From a candidate division WOR-3 bacterium (GTDB taxonomy: Bacteria; Hydrothermota; Tepidihabitantia; Tepidihabitantales; Tepidihabitantaceae): a DNA stretch of 64,000 nt. This document shows positions 47,752 to 56,552 of this stretch, piece by piece. The position numbers were made by a program, and so were the translations under genes. The stretch covers positions 96,001 to 160,000 of the forward strand of contig CBFGKH010000002.1 of NCBI GenBank assembly GCA_965649295.1, read 5' to 3'. How positions within the stretch are numbered: position 1 is the stretch's first letter; each line of letters opens with the position of its first letter. The notes beneath the pieces are model-generated. The model did no database searches. It saw only the letters and a program-made list of their open reading frames with translations, and was not told the origin of the DNA.

Positions 47752-49709
47752 GGCTGAACAGTCAGCTTGACGGTCGCTGTGCGGGCGCGGGTCTGGACCC
47801 GGCAGTAGTAGATACCACTGGCGAGGCCGCTAATCACCAAGGAAGAGTTGTCGAAGGCAGCGGTGCGGAGGAGCCGACCAGCGGCGTCGTAAATTGCCAG
47901 CGTGGCCGACCCGTCGAGCGGGCCAGCGGTCAATTGGAGAATGGCAGTGCCGCGGCAGGGGTTGGGGCTGACAGCAAGGAGCGGGCCGATTGGTAGCGTA
48001 GTAATCTCGCTCGTACCGGTCCAGGGTTCGCCGGCAAAGCCGACAGCGTCGAGCGCGCAGTTACTGGTCTCGTTGATACGGACATAGCGGCAGGAGTCAA
48101 GACTGCCAAGGTCGAAGCTCTGAGTGCCGGTACCAGAACCGAGGCTAGTGTAGGTGCCCCAAGGGTCAACCGCGACCTGGACAGTGTAGGAGCCGGTAGC
48201 ATAGACAGTCAGGTCAGCGCCAGGACGATTGCGGCAGGCGATTTTTGGGTCGAGTTCAAAGATGATGCTGCTGGACGGGCCGACCCGGTAGGAGCGCAGG
48301 TCAGGGGGGCCGAGTGCGTCGGCACCGGTGCCAGACAGGACATGGCTATCGTCAACCCGCTTGAGGGCAAAGACACGATAGGCGTAGTTCAGCGGTTCAC
48401 TCGTTGGCCGGGCCAGCGGAATGTTGAGCGTGACACCGCCGGTGCTCGGCACAACCACGCCGGTCAGGGTCTTAGGCTCGTAGCCGTTGGCCCAGACGCG
48501 AATATCATAGCTGCCCGGCGCGACCATCTTGTGGAAATCACCGGTCAATGGGTGGGTGTAGCTGTGCCAGCGCCGGGGACTCGTGACCTCGACCCGGGCG
48601 CAGAGCGGCTCGCCGGTAACCGAGTCGGTGACGATGCCGTTGATGCCCCAACCGGCCGCGGTCACCTGGTAGAGTAGGGCGCGGATGTTGGCAGTGCAGA
48701 TTGAGTCAATCTTCGGTCGGGTTGAGGGCAGGGCGGTCTCAATTGTGTTTGCCAGGGTGCCGAAACAGCCGAAGACCATGTCCTGACACGAGCCGTGGAC
48801 CTCATACCAGTCAAAGCCGTTGATGGGCGTCAGTCGGGTTGTGCTCGAACCGTAGGTCGAGTCAGCATAGGCCTGGGCAAGAAAGATAATCCAGGCTGAA
48901 TCGGGCGGGTCAATCGGCGTGTTGTCCCAGAGATAGTTCACATAGGCCGCAGTCGTGTGGTATTCGTACTCGTTGGTCGGGACATTCCGCTCGGAGTGGC
49001 GGCGCAGGGCGCGCGTCTCGGGCTGGCTGTAGGGAACCGCGTAGTTCTCCCATTCCCAGCCGTAGTCACGGTTGAGGTCAACACCGGCGTCGTTGGTGCG
49101 CCGGTTGGCGACGTGGCCGTCGGGGTTGAAGACCGGGATAATCTGGAACTCGCGGGTGTTGACCAGTTCCTGAATCTGGGGATTGGTGGCGTAGTTGGCG
49201 GTCAGGTGCTGGAGCAGGGCAAGGCAGATTTCGGTGCTTGTCTTCTCGTTGCCGTGATGAACGCCAATGACGCGCAGCCGCGGCTTTGGGGCTGGTGTGT
49301 GGGCGTTACCGGTTACATAGATGACCGGAATCATCCGGTTGCCGGCCGAGAAACCGAGGGTTTCGAGCCGGGTGATTTCCGGATAGAGCGAGGCCTGGGA
49401 TACAAGAATGCTGCAGGCCTGGGCATAGGTGTAGTAGGTGACAAGGTCACGCTCGGCTTGGGCCACATAGTCGTTAACAAGAACCGTGACCGGATAGCCG
49501 CGGGCGCGGATTTGCCGAATCGTCATGTCATCGGCATAGACCTGCAGGAACCCAGGGCCGGCACCGTCAACATCGAGCCGAAGCTCGCGGGCGAGAGCAC
49601 GACCAGCCTCGCGGTTAGGAATGTCAACACGGATGATGCGCACCGGCTCGGCGCCAAAGGCAGAGGCAAGTGCGACTGTCAGACAGATGAGGACAACATA
49701 GGTTTTCAT
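47748..49709 (-). CDS. Secreted M14 zinc carboxypeptidase with regulatory-like domain and T9SS-like CTD
   Basis: HHGNE, NPDG, NRR.N..GVDLNRDY, SQPET, WY.VHGS.QD; C-terminal SPNP..YDAAGR..SGIYY. Confidence 0.9.
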   Translation of the reverse strand: MKTYVVLICLTVALASAFGAEPVRIIRVDIPNREAGRALARELRLDVDGAGPGFLQVYADDMTIRQIRARGYPVTVLVNDYVAQAERDLVTYYTYAQACSILVSQASLYPEITRLETLGFSAGNRMIPVIYVTGNAHTPAPKPRLRVIGVHHGNEKTSTEICLALLQHLTANYATNPQIQELVNTREFQIIPVFNPDGHVANRRTNDAGVDLNRDYGWEWENYAVPYSQPETRALRRHSERNVPTNEYEYHTTAAYVNYLWDNTPIDPPDSAWIIFLAQAYADSTYGSSTTRLTPINGFDWYEVHGSCQDMVFGCFGTLANTIETALPSTRPKIDSICTANIRALLYQVTAAGWGINGIVTDSVTGEPLCARVEVTSPRRWHSYTHPLTGDFHKMVAPGSYDIRVWANGYEPKTLTGVVVPSTGGVTLNIPLARPTSEPLNYAYRVFALKRVDDSHVLSGTGADALGPPDLRSYRVGPSSSIIFELDPKIACRNRPGADLTVYATGSYTVQVAVDPWGTYTSLGSGTGTQSFDLGSLDSCRYVRINETSNCALDAVGFAGEPWTGTSEITTLPIGPLLAVSPNPCRGTAILQLTAGPLDGSATLAIYDAAGRLLRTAAFDNSSLVISGLASGIYYCRVQTRARTATVKLTVQP

Positions 49710-49812
49710 AGGTACTGGACAATCATACACCACCCCAGCGCCGGTTTCCAGCCCTGGCTAGCGACTAACCACCAAGGTCACTAAGGCACTAAGGGGTGAG
49801 AACCGGAATCCG

Positions 49813-50136
49813 GTCTCGCTAGTTGGTTCTCTTTTGGTTTTGGCAGTTCTGTCCCAAGTTCGCGGGCGAAGGCCGCGGCCAAGGCCGGTAGGAACTAGGG
49901 CGAAAAGCGATTGAGCGAGACTGGGCAAGGCCTGACCGATAGCCTTCGGCCTAAGACCGGCAGAGAGAGGATTCGAGGCTTATCAGCAGGTACAGTCACA
50001 AACACAGCCCCAAGCATGTTCTAGAAGATAGTGGCGAGCATCGTGGTAGAGACAACCTGAGTCGCGCCCGGAAGGAGCACGGGTAACCATCCCCGGGACA
50101 GAGGAGGGGGAGGTAAGGAGAAATCAGCCATCAGCT
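49813..50136. repeat. Degenerate 12-bp-period intergenic array C with CCCGGG core (50092-50097)
   Basis: In 12-mers from 49813, columns 9-10 are purine-purine in 25 of 27 units. This is the reverse complement of the array B pattern, in the same phase relative to CCCGGG. Confidence 0.85.
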
Positions 50137-50236
50137 TGGATAGCCTCGACTTAGGCCCCAAGTCCGCGACCTGGCTCTGCACCCTAAGAATGGTGCAAGA
50201 GAATATCCTGGCTCTGGCACCGACAGTTCTTGCCGT

Positions 50237-50274
50237 ATCTGGGCCGCTCACTTTGGCTGGGCAGTGCGTATAAC
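50237..50274 (+). promoter_or_regulatory. Conserved 38-bp terminal motif, copy C
   Basis: ATCTGGGCCGCTCACTTTGGCTGGGCAGTGCGTATAAC aligns ungapped with copies A and B. Confidence 0.7.
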
Positions 50275-50330
50275 CATATATGAAGGCATGATGACGAGCG
50301 ACGGTTGCAAACGCCAAACTGCTGGCTTGG

Positions 50331-50777
50331 CTACTTTATCGGCCACCTGGGAATGGCCTTGTCCACTTCCTCCATCAGGCGGATGGTGTTGCGGATGGCG
50401 ACGACCACACGCTGGTAGTGGCGAATGTCATCGTGGGACAACTTGCGGCCCTTGCGGTCTTTGAGCCACTTCGCTAGCACCTGATAGCCGCCGATATGGA
50501 ACTCCCATTCCTCGGGCCGGATGCCGGCGAAATACTGCTCGTCATTGATGTACACCCGGCCGCCATCCTTGTCATCCTGAGCCGAACCAAGCATCTCGCT
50601 GCCGCGCTGAACGGGGTGCAGCATCCTACTATCACCTTGGCTGAGCGAAGCCCCTCCACTGTCACCCTGAGCGGAGCGAAGCGGAGTCGAAGGGTCTTCG
50701 CCGCCGCGGCTACGAAGATTCCTCGACTTCGCGCCGGACGCGTCGCTCGGAATGACAGACAATCCTGGTTGTAGCAC
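50331..50777 (-). pseudogene. C-terminal remnant of a type ISP restriction-modification enzyme, fused to palindromic repeats
   Basis: GRVYINDEQYFAGI..EEWEFHIGGYQVLAKWLKDRKGR is typical of the type ISP C-terminal domain. The N-terminal half of the ORF is translated repeat DNA. Confidence 0.75.
50570..50758. repeat. Cluster of REP-like TGTCA[TC]CCTGAGC palindromic elements
   Basis: Imperfect palindrome of about 100 bp at 50659-50758 (CTGTCACCCTGAGCG...CGCTCGGAATGACAG) plus half-copies at 50570 and about 50629. Confidence 0.75.
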
Positions 50778-50867
50778 AACTTCAATTGCCGCGAACCGAG
50801 TTCGCTGCTGGGCGGTGTTGGGAAAGTTGAGAAAGGAGCCGGCAAGAGGCCGGCCTACGGAGCGCGA

Positions 50868-51629
50868 CTAGTGCGGGGGTGGAGAAAGCTCGGCTAGTAA
50901 CAGTTTCGTCGGACGGTCAGCGGCAATCGGCATTTCGGTGTACTCTTGGCCATCGAGCTGGCGGCCGTGCTGATGCCGGCGAGTGCCGCCCCACTGCTTG
51001 AAGTAGAACGCTGCACCGGCAGCTCTACACTGGCGGCGGATGTCGAGCACCCATTCGCGCCTCATCGGCCTTGCACCCGGGCCAGATTCGCCACCGACGA
51101 TCACCCAATCAATGCCGCGCAGGTCAAGATTGTCCATCGGTCCTAATAGCGGTTCGCAGGAAAGGAATCGCACTGCTGCTGGTACTTGCCGGAGCTCGTC
51201 AATCCGCCGGGACACGCGGGCATCTTCAACAGTTACGCCCATCCAGACATTGTCGGGCCAGGGCAGCAGTCGAGCCATCGCCAGCAGGCGTTTGCTGCGT
51301 TTGGTTAGTACCTGAAACCGGTGTTGGGGCGTGGCCCGCATCACGGCAAACACGCGTTTGATGAACTCGACCGGCACCGCCGGATGGAAGAGGTCGCCCA
51401 TCGAGCAGAGAAAGACCATGCGTGGCCGGCGCCAGGATTGGGGTAGCAGCAGTTCGTTTTCGTGCACAGTGACTTGGAAGCCGTTGCGGTACTTCGGCAT
51501 CCCCATTGATTGTAGTCGCAGTGCCATCCGCTCGGCATAACAGTGGTCACAACCGGCGCTGATGTGGGTGCAACCGGTGACCGGGTTCCAGGTCGCCTCA
51601 GTCCATTCGATTGAGGAATTGATGGCCAT
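50868..51629 (-). CDS. Phage Gp37/Gp68 family (DUF5131) three-Cys radical-SAM-like protein
   Basis: SIEWTEATWNPVTGCTHISAGCDHCYA, SMGDLFH, FLSCEPLLG, WVIVGGESG, FKQWGG. Confidence 0.93.
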   Translation of the reverse strand: MAINSSIEWTEATWNPVTGCTHISAGCDHCYAERMALRLQSMGMPKYRNGFQVTVHENELLLPQSWRRPRMVFLCSMGDLFHPAVPVEFIKRVFAVMRATPQHRFQVLTKRSKRLLAMARLLPWPDNVWMGVTVEDARVSRRIDELRQVPAAVRFLSCEPLLGPMDNLDLRGIDWVIVGGESGPGARPMRREWVLDIRRQCRAAGAAFYFKQWGGTRRHQHGRQLDGQEYTEMPIAADRPTKLLLAELSPPPH

Positions 51630-51631
51630 TG

Positions 51632-52513
51632 TTACATATTGAGTATATGTTCGGCGATTCGTAGCGCAATGTCGCCGCCTTTGTGCGGGTTGGCGGCAGC
51701 AAAACAGAGAAGAAATAGCGGAACATTGCGTGAATTGAAGAGCACACGCGGGTGTGGGGCGACTTTGGCGAAAACTGTCTCAAGGCGACGGACAAAGAAC
51801 TGGCCGATGGTGTCAAAGTCCGCCTGTTTCAGTTGACGCTCTTCGGGTCCGAATAGCGTCTCACTGGCTGTGCAGTGATAGAAGGCGTTGCGCCAGTCTT
51901 CAGTGCCAAATACTCGGGTGAGGTGGTCTGCCCAAGAATCTGGCGGCGGCCCATGTCGGGTCAATAGGCGGTTTACAGCGGAGAGGGGGAACAGCAACCA
52001 CAAATCTACTGCCTTCGTTTGTCCTAACGATGTGATAGTTTTCCAGTTCACTTCCATCGCATACGGATCGAGAAAGACTACGGCGCGATGATTCCGCCAG
52101 TCGGTCTGTGAGCAAAGAGTTGGTATTTGCACATTGGCATCGCCGGTCTTGATGACGATGTTGCGGCCCGGATATTTGGTGCTTAGGTCTTTGAGCTCGT
52201 TGACCTTCTGAGGGTCGATCTCGATGAATACGTAACGATCGAAGCCATGCTTCAGCGACAAGGCCAGTGATACGCTGCCCTCGAGAAACCTGACTGCGTC
52301 TGCGTCTTCGTGTTCGGGGAATAGGGGGAGTCCGGAATCTGTTTCTTGGCGACGTGTCCGATAACCAGTTCCGGCGAAGGCGTCCACATACATGGTAAAG
52401 AAGCGCCGCGCTCCGCTAGCTTTGCTAAAGATCTTGGTGTATTCCACTAAATAGCGTCTAAGTTTGTCGAGCTTGTTATCAGTCCAAGAGCCGCCAAATC
52501 TTTGTTCGATCAC
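51632..52513 (-). CDS. tcmP: Three-Cys-motif partner protein TcmP (methyltransferase-like)
   Basis: FGGSWT..KL..L..YL..Y, YVDAFAGTG, GDAN, FLDPY; adjacent to the DUF5131 gene. Start moved to GTG 52513. Confidence 0.85.
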   Translation of the reverse strand: MIEQRFGGSWTDNKLDKLRRYLVEYTKIFSKASGARRFFTMYVDAFAGTGYRTRRQETDSGLPLFPEHEDADAVRFLEGSVSLALSLKHGFDRYVFIEIDPQKVNELKDLSTKYPGRNIVIKTGDANVQIPTLCSQTDWRNHRAVVFLDPYAMEVNWKTITSLGQTKAVDLWLLFPLSAVNRLLTRHGPPPDSWADHLTRVFGTEDWRNAFYHCTASETLFGPEERQLKQADFDTIGQFFVRRLETVFAKVAPHPRVLFNSRNVPLFLLCFAAANPHKGGDIALRIAEHILNM

Positions 52514-52693
52514 TCTGTTCCGACCGAACCAAAGTTGGCTATTTGGGCAACTAGTCTGATGATGGGGACGGCCGCTATTCTCGCCATGGCGACAATATGC
52601 CTGAAGTCGGCGGTGGGTCAAGAGGGGCGCGGATAATGGCCCTGTCTGGCGGCTTGAGCAGGCTTGGTCGCGGCACTGCTGTCTGACCTTTGG

Positions 52694-52721
52694 TTGACGG
52701 GCTTGCGCGGGCTTCTATAAT
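52694..52721 (+). promoter_or_regulatory. sigma70 promoter of valS, leaderless configuration
   Basis: TTGACG-N16-TATAAT, 8 nt before the ATG. Confidence 0.75.
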
Positions 52722-52729
52722 CACGCGTC

Positions 52730-55369
52730 ATGGCCCAAATGCACGATAGTGATTTTCCACCCCAGTATGACCCCAAACCGGTCGAATCGAAGTGGTACCG
52801 GTTCTGGGAGGAACGCGGCTTCTTTCGGGCGAATCCGGATTCGCCGAAGCCCAAGTTCTCAATTGTAATTCCGCCGCCGAACATCACCGGCTCGCTGCAT
52901 GTCGGTCACGCCCTGAATAATACGTTGCAGGATATTCAGATTCGGTTCAAGAAGTTGCAGGGTTATGAGACGCTCTGGCTGCCCGGGACCGATCACGCGA
53001 GTATCGGTACCCACACCCATCTTGACCGCCAGTTGGCGGCAGAGGGAACCGACCGATTCAAGCTCGGCCGCGAGGAGTTCCTGAAGCGGGCTTGGGCTTG
53101 GAAGGAGAAGTACGGCACGCGGATTATCGAGCAGCTCAAGCTCTTGGGCTGTGCCTGCGACTGGAGCCGGACCCGGTTTACGATGGATGAGATATGTTCG
53201 CGGGCAGTGCGCGAGGCGTTTGTCCGTTATTACGAGGACGGGCTGATTTATCGGGGCACGCGGATTGTGAACTGGTGTCCGCGTTGTCATACGGCGGTGT
53301 CAGACCTCGAAATCAAGCATCAGGAGGTGGCGAGCCACTGGTGGTACATTCGCTATCCGTTTGCCAATGACCCGAGCCGGTATGTGGTAGTGGCGACGAC
53401 CCGGCCGGAGACGATGCTTGGGGATACGGCCGTGGCGGTGAATCCGCAGGATGAGCGCTATCGCGGGCTGGTCGGGCAGAAGCTGGTGCTGCCGCTGGTG
53501 GGCCGCGAGATTCCGATTATTGCCGATGAGCTGGTGCTGGCTGAGTTTGGAACCGGAGCGGTGAAGGTGACGCCGGCGCATGATGCGGCCGACTTTGAGA
53601 TGGGCCGTAAGCACAACCTTGAGTTTATCACCGTGATTGACGACCGGGCCCGGATGACTGAAGCGGTGCCGGCCAAGTATCGGGGGCTTTCGCGTGAGGA
53701 GTGTCGCCGGCAGGTGGTTTCGGACCTTGAGGCGCAGGGACTATTGGAGAAGATTGAGCCGTATCGGTTGAGTGCGAGTAACTGCGAGCGGTGCGGGACG
53801 ACGGTTGAGCCGCTGCTCTCGGAGCAGTGGTTTGTCAGGATGCAGGAGCTGGCCCGGCCAGCGATTGAGGTTGTCGAGTCGGGCCGGGTGAAGTTCATTC
53901 CCGAACGTTGGACCAAGGTCTATCTCGATTGGATGTACAACGTCCGTGACTGGTGTATCTCGCGGCAGCTCTGGTGGGGGCATCGGATTCCGGTCTGGTA
54001 TTGTGACTGCGGCGAGGTGATTGTCAGCCGCACCGACCCGACTGCGTGTCCGAAGTGCGGTTCGCATAACCTGCGGCAGGATGAGGATATCCTCGATACC
54101 TGGTTCTCGTCAGCGCTCTGGCCGTTCTCGACGATGGGCTGGCCCGAGAAGACACCGGACCTGGCGCGGTTCTATCCGACCGACTTTCTGTCCACGGCAC
54201 CGGACATCATCTTCCTCTGGGTTGCCAGGATGATTTTCTCTGGCTTGCGGTTTGTGGGCGACATTCCTTTCTCGCGGGTCTATTTCCATTCGTTTATCCT
54301 CGTCGAGTCCGGCGAGCGGATGAGCCGGTCCAAGGGGGTGGGAATTGACCCGGTGGACATGTTCGAGAAGTATGGGACCGATGCGGTGCGGTTCACGCTG
54401 GCCTATCTGGAGAGCCAGTCGCAGAGCTACCGGCTGAGCGAGAAGCGGTTTGAGTTTGGCCGCAACTTCACGAACAAGGTCTGGAACGCAGCCCGGCTGG
54501 TGGCACCGCATCTGGCCGAGCCGGCTGCTGATCATCGTAAGGCAGAAGTCCCACTGCAGGCAACGGATAACTGGATAAGGGAGCGGTTCAATCTGACCCG
54601 GCGGAGTGTCACCGAGGGGCTGGAGCGGTGTAGTTATTCGCAGGTGGCAGCCGCGCTCTATGACTTCTTCTGGCATGACCTCTGTGACTGGTATCTGGAG
54701 TTCGCCAAGACCCGGCTGCGGAACGATGACCCGGCAGTGCGGCAGACACTCGCCGATGTGTTTCGCGGCACGCTGCAACTGCTCCATCCGTTCATGCCGT
54801 TCATCACTGAGGAGCTGTGGCAGCGGCTGGGATTCGGCCAGGCCGGTAGCGAGTCAATTATGCTCTCGCAGTGGCCGACAGAACTGCCGCTGGACCAGGT
54901 TGAGACTAGGCGGGTCGAGACCTTGCGCGAACTGATTGCGGCGGTGCGAAACATCCGGGCAGAGATGGCAGTGCCGGCCAAGGCGGTGGTTGAGTGCATT
55001 GTCAACACCCAGGATGAGGAGCTGGCGCGGTTTCTTGCGGCCCATGAGGAGCTGGCCCGAGACCTGGCAAAGGTGGCCGGACTTCGGTTTGGGCAAGAGC
55101 GGCCGGCCAAGTCGTCAGTGGCGGTGCTGGCCGGGCTGGAGGTCTATGTTCCACTGGCCGGCATCGTTGATGTCGAGAAGGAGATTGGCCGAATCAGGGC
55201 CGAGGTGGCGAATCTTGAACGACTGATTGCCAGCATTGATGCGAAGTTTGCCAATCCGGAGTTTGTGGCCCGGGCCAAGCCTGAGGTGGTCGAGAACGAA
55301 CGGCAGCGCCGGGCAGAGTTTGGGGCCAAGCTCGAACGACTGCAGCGGCAGCTTGCCGGGTGGAATTAG
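52730..55369 (+). CDS. valS: Valine--tRNA ligase
   Basis: PPPNITGSLHVGH, ATTRPET, WCISRQLWWGH, RMSRSKG (KMSKS equivalent), C-terminal coiled coil. Confidence 0.97.
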   Translation: MAQMHDSDFPPQYDPKPVESKWYRFWEERGFFRANPDSPKPKFSIVIPPPNITGSLHVGHALNNTLQDIQIRFKKLQGYETLWLPGTDHASIGTHTHLDRQLAAEGTDRFKLGREEFLKRAWAWKEKYGTRIIEQLKLLGCACDWSRTRFTMDEICSRAVREAFVRYYEDGLIYRGTRIVNWCPRCHTAVSDLEIKHQEVASHWWYIRYPFANDPSRYVVVATTRPETMLGDTAVAVNPQDERYRGLVGQKLVLPLVGREIPIIADELVLAEFGTGAVKVTPAHDAADFEMGRKHNLEFITVIDDRARMTEAVPAKYRGLSREECRRQVVSDLEAQGLLEKIEPYRLSASNCERCGTTVEPLLSEQWFVRMQELARPAIEVVESGRVKFIPERWTKVYLDWMYNVRDWCISRQLWWGHRIPVWYCDCGEVIVSRTDPTACPKCGSHNLRQDEDILDTWFSSALWPFSTMGWPEKTPDLARFYPTDFLSTAPDIIFLWVARMIFSGLRFVGDIPFSRVYFHSFILVESGERMSRSKGVGIDPVDMFEKYGTDAVRFTLAYLESQSQSYRLSEKRFEFGRNFTNKVWNAARLVAPHLAEPAADHRKAEVPLQATDNWIRERFNLTRRSVTEGLERCSYSQVAAALYDFFWHDLCDWYLEFAKTRLRNDDPAVRQTLADVFRGTLQLLHPFMPFITEELWQRLGFGQAGSESIMLSQWPTELPLDQVETRRVETLRELIAAVRNIRAEMAVPAKAVVECIVNTQDEELARFLAAHEELARDLAKVAGLRFGQERPAKSSVAVLAGLEVYVPLAGIVDVEKEIGRIRAEVANLERLIASIDAKFANPEFVARAKPEVVENERQRRAEFGAKLERLQRQLAGWN

Positions 55370-55435
55370 CGTGGGCAGGCGGGACTCAGGCAGAATCGAG
55401 AATTGCGAGTACCGAATGGGGAAGTGGGGAGCGGA

Positions 55436-55999
55436 GTGAAGGGGCTTATCAGCAGTGCTGGCTGGATTCTTCTGCTCTTGCTGGCCGCGGTCTTTCTGCT
55501 TTTCTATAACTTCGCCTATATTCCCCGGGCCGACCGCATCATCCGGCAGCAGAACGAGATTGCGATGTGGACCGACCAGGTGCGCGAGCTGACCGATAGC
55601 CTGGAGTTTGTGCGGCGGCTGAACGACACCCTGCTGCGGACGGCTTTCACTTTTGATGAGCTTTTCGGCGGTGCTGAGGAGCTGACAATCACGCCCCAGG
55701 GCGAGTCGGCCTTGCGGGCCTATATTCCTTCAATCCAGAGCCTGCCCGGCAGGATCGATGTCGTTGGTCACGCTGACAAGTCGGGTGTGCCGGTGCGACT
55801 GCGGCAGCAGTATCCGAGTAGCTGGGAGTATGCTGCGGCTCGGGCCGGTGCCGTGGCGCGGGCGCTGATTAGCTGGGGCGTGGCCCCGGAACGTATCTAT
55901 GTCGTGAGTGCTGGCGAGCTGCGGCCACCGGTTGATTCAAGCGGGCTGGTCGGAGCAGTGCCCAAGCGGCGCGTCGAGATAATCATTCGCAATCAGTAG
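55436..55999 (+). CDS. OmpA/MotB-family peptidoglycan-binding protein
   Basis: N-terminal TM; VVGHAD, YPSSWEYAAARA..V, G..RP, RRVEI. Confidence 0.8.
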   Translation: MKGLISSAGWILLLLLAAVFLLFYNFAYIPRADRIIRQQNEIAMWTDQVRELTDSLEFVRRLNDTLLRTAFTFDELFGGAEELTITPQGESALRAYIPSIQSLPGRIDVVGHADKSGVPVRLRQQYPSSWEYAAARAGAVARALISWGVAPERIYVVSAGELRPPVDSSGLVGAVPKRRVEIIIRNQ

Positions 56000-56009
56000 G
56001 AGGTCTGTT

Positions 56010-56552
56010 TTGTCCGCAAGGCACGGCGTCGGCAGCGGGTGGCAGTTGCTGCTGCTCGGGCTGGCGGTCGCGGTGGCGCAGCCGGCCGGAGAGTTCTCGC
56101 CGGGGCCGGACAGTAGCCCTGGGCAAGATACCGCGGTTAGGAGTGAGTCGGTGGCGACGGCAAGAGCAAGTCGGCGCCAGAAGTCGCCGGGACGGGCAGT
56201 ACTGCTTTCGCTGCTACTGCCCGGCGGCGGGCAGGTCTATACCGGTGAGTGGTGGCGGGCCTTGGTGATCGCGCCGGCTGAGGTGGCGCTGGGGTTCTTC
56301 ACTTACCGGACACACTTGGCAGCGTCGGCGGCGCTGGGTCGCGGTGATTCAACTGACTATGTCAGACTGCGCGACCGTCGTACTGCCTTGTTTTGGTGGA
56401 CCGGTGCGGTTATCGTTTTCTCGATGGCTGATGCCTATGTCTCGGCCCAGCTATACGGGTTTGACCAGGAGATGCAGTTTGCTGGGCCAGTCCGTCGCCG
56501 GCTGCGCGCCCGCATCAGCCCGACTGGGCTGGGTTTTGAACTGGGGCTGTAG
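56010..56552 (+). CDS. DUF5683/TM2-like membrane protein
   Basis: KSPGRAVLLSLLLPGGGQVYTG...DAYVSAQL. Confidence 0.75.
   Translation: MSARHGVGSGWQLLLLGLAVAVAQPAGEFSPGPDSSPGQDTAVRSESVATARASRRQKSPGRAVLLSLLLPGGGQVYTGEWWRALVIAPAEVALGFFTYRTHLAASAALGRGDSTDYVRLRDRRTALFWWTGAVIVFSMADAYVSAQLYGFDQEMQFAGPVRRRLRARISPTGLGFELGL

Noticed and set aside
49766..49795. Short CAC[CT]AAGG triplet repeat at the distal end of array C
   Set aside because: Only three copies of an 8-9-mer; too little to assign a function.
52514..52887. TcmP N-terminal extension and ORF 52618-52887
   Set aside because: Family similarity starts at about 52513; the small ORF is antisense to valS and its promoter.
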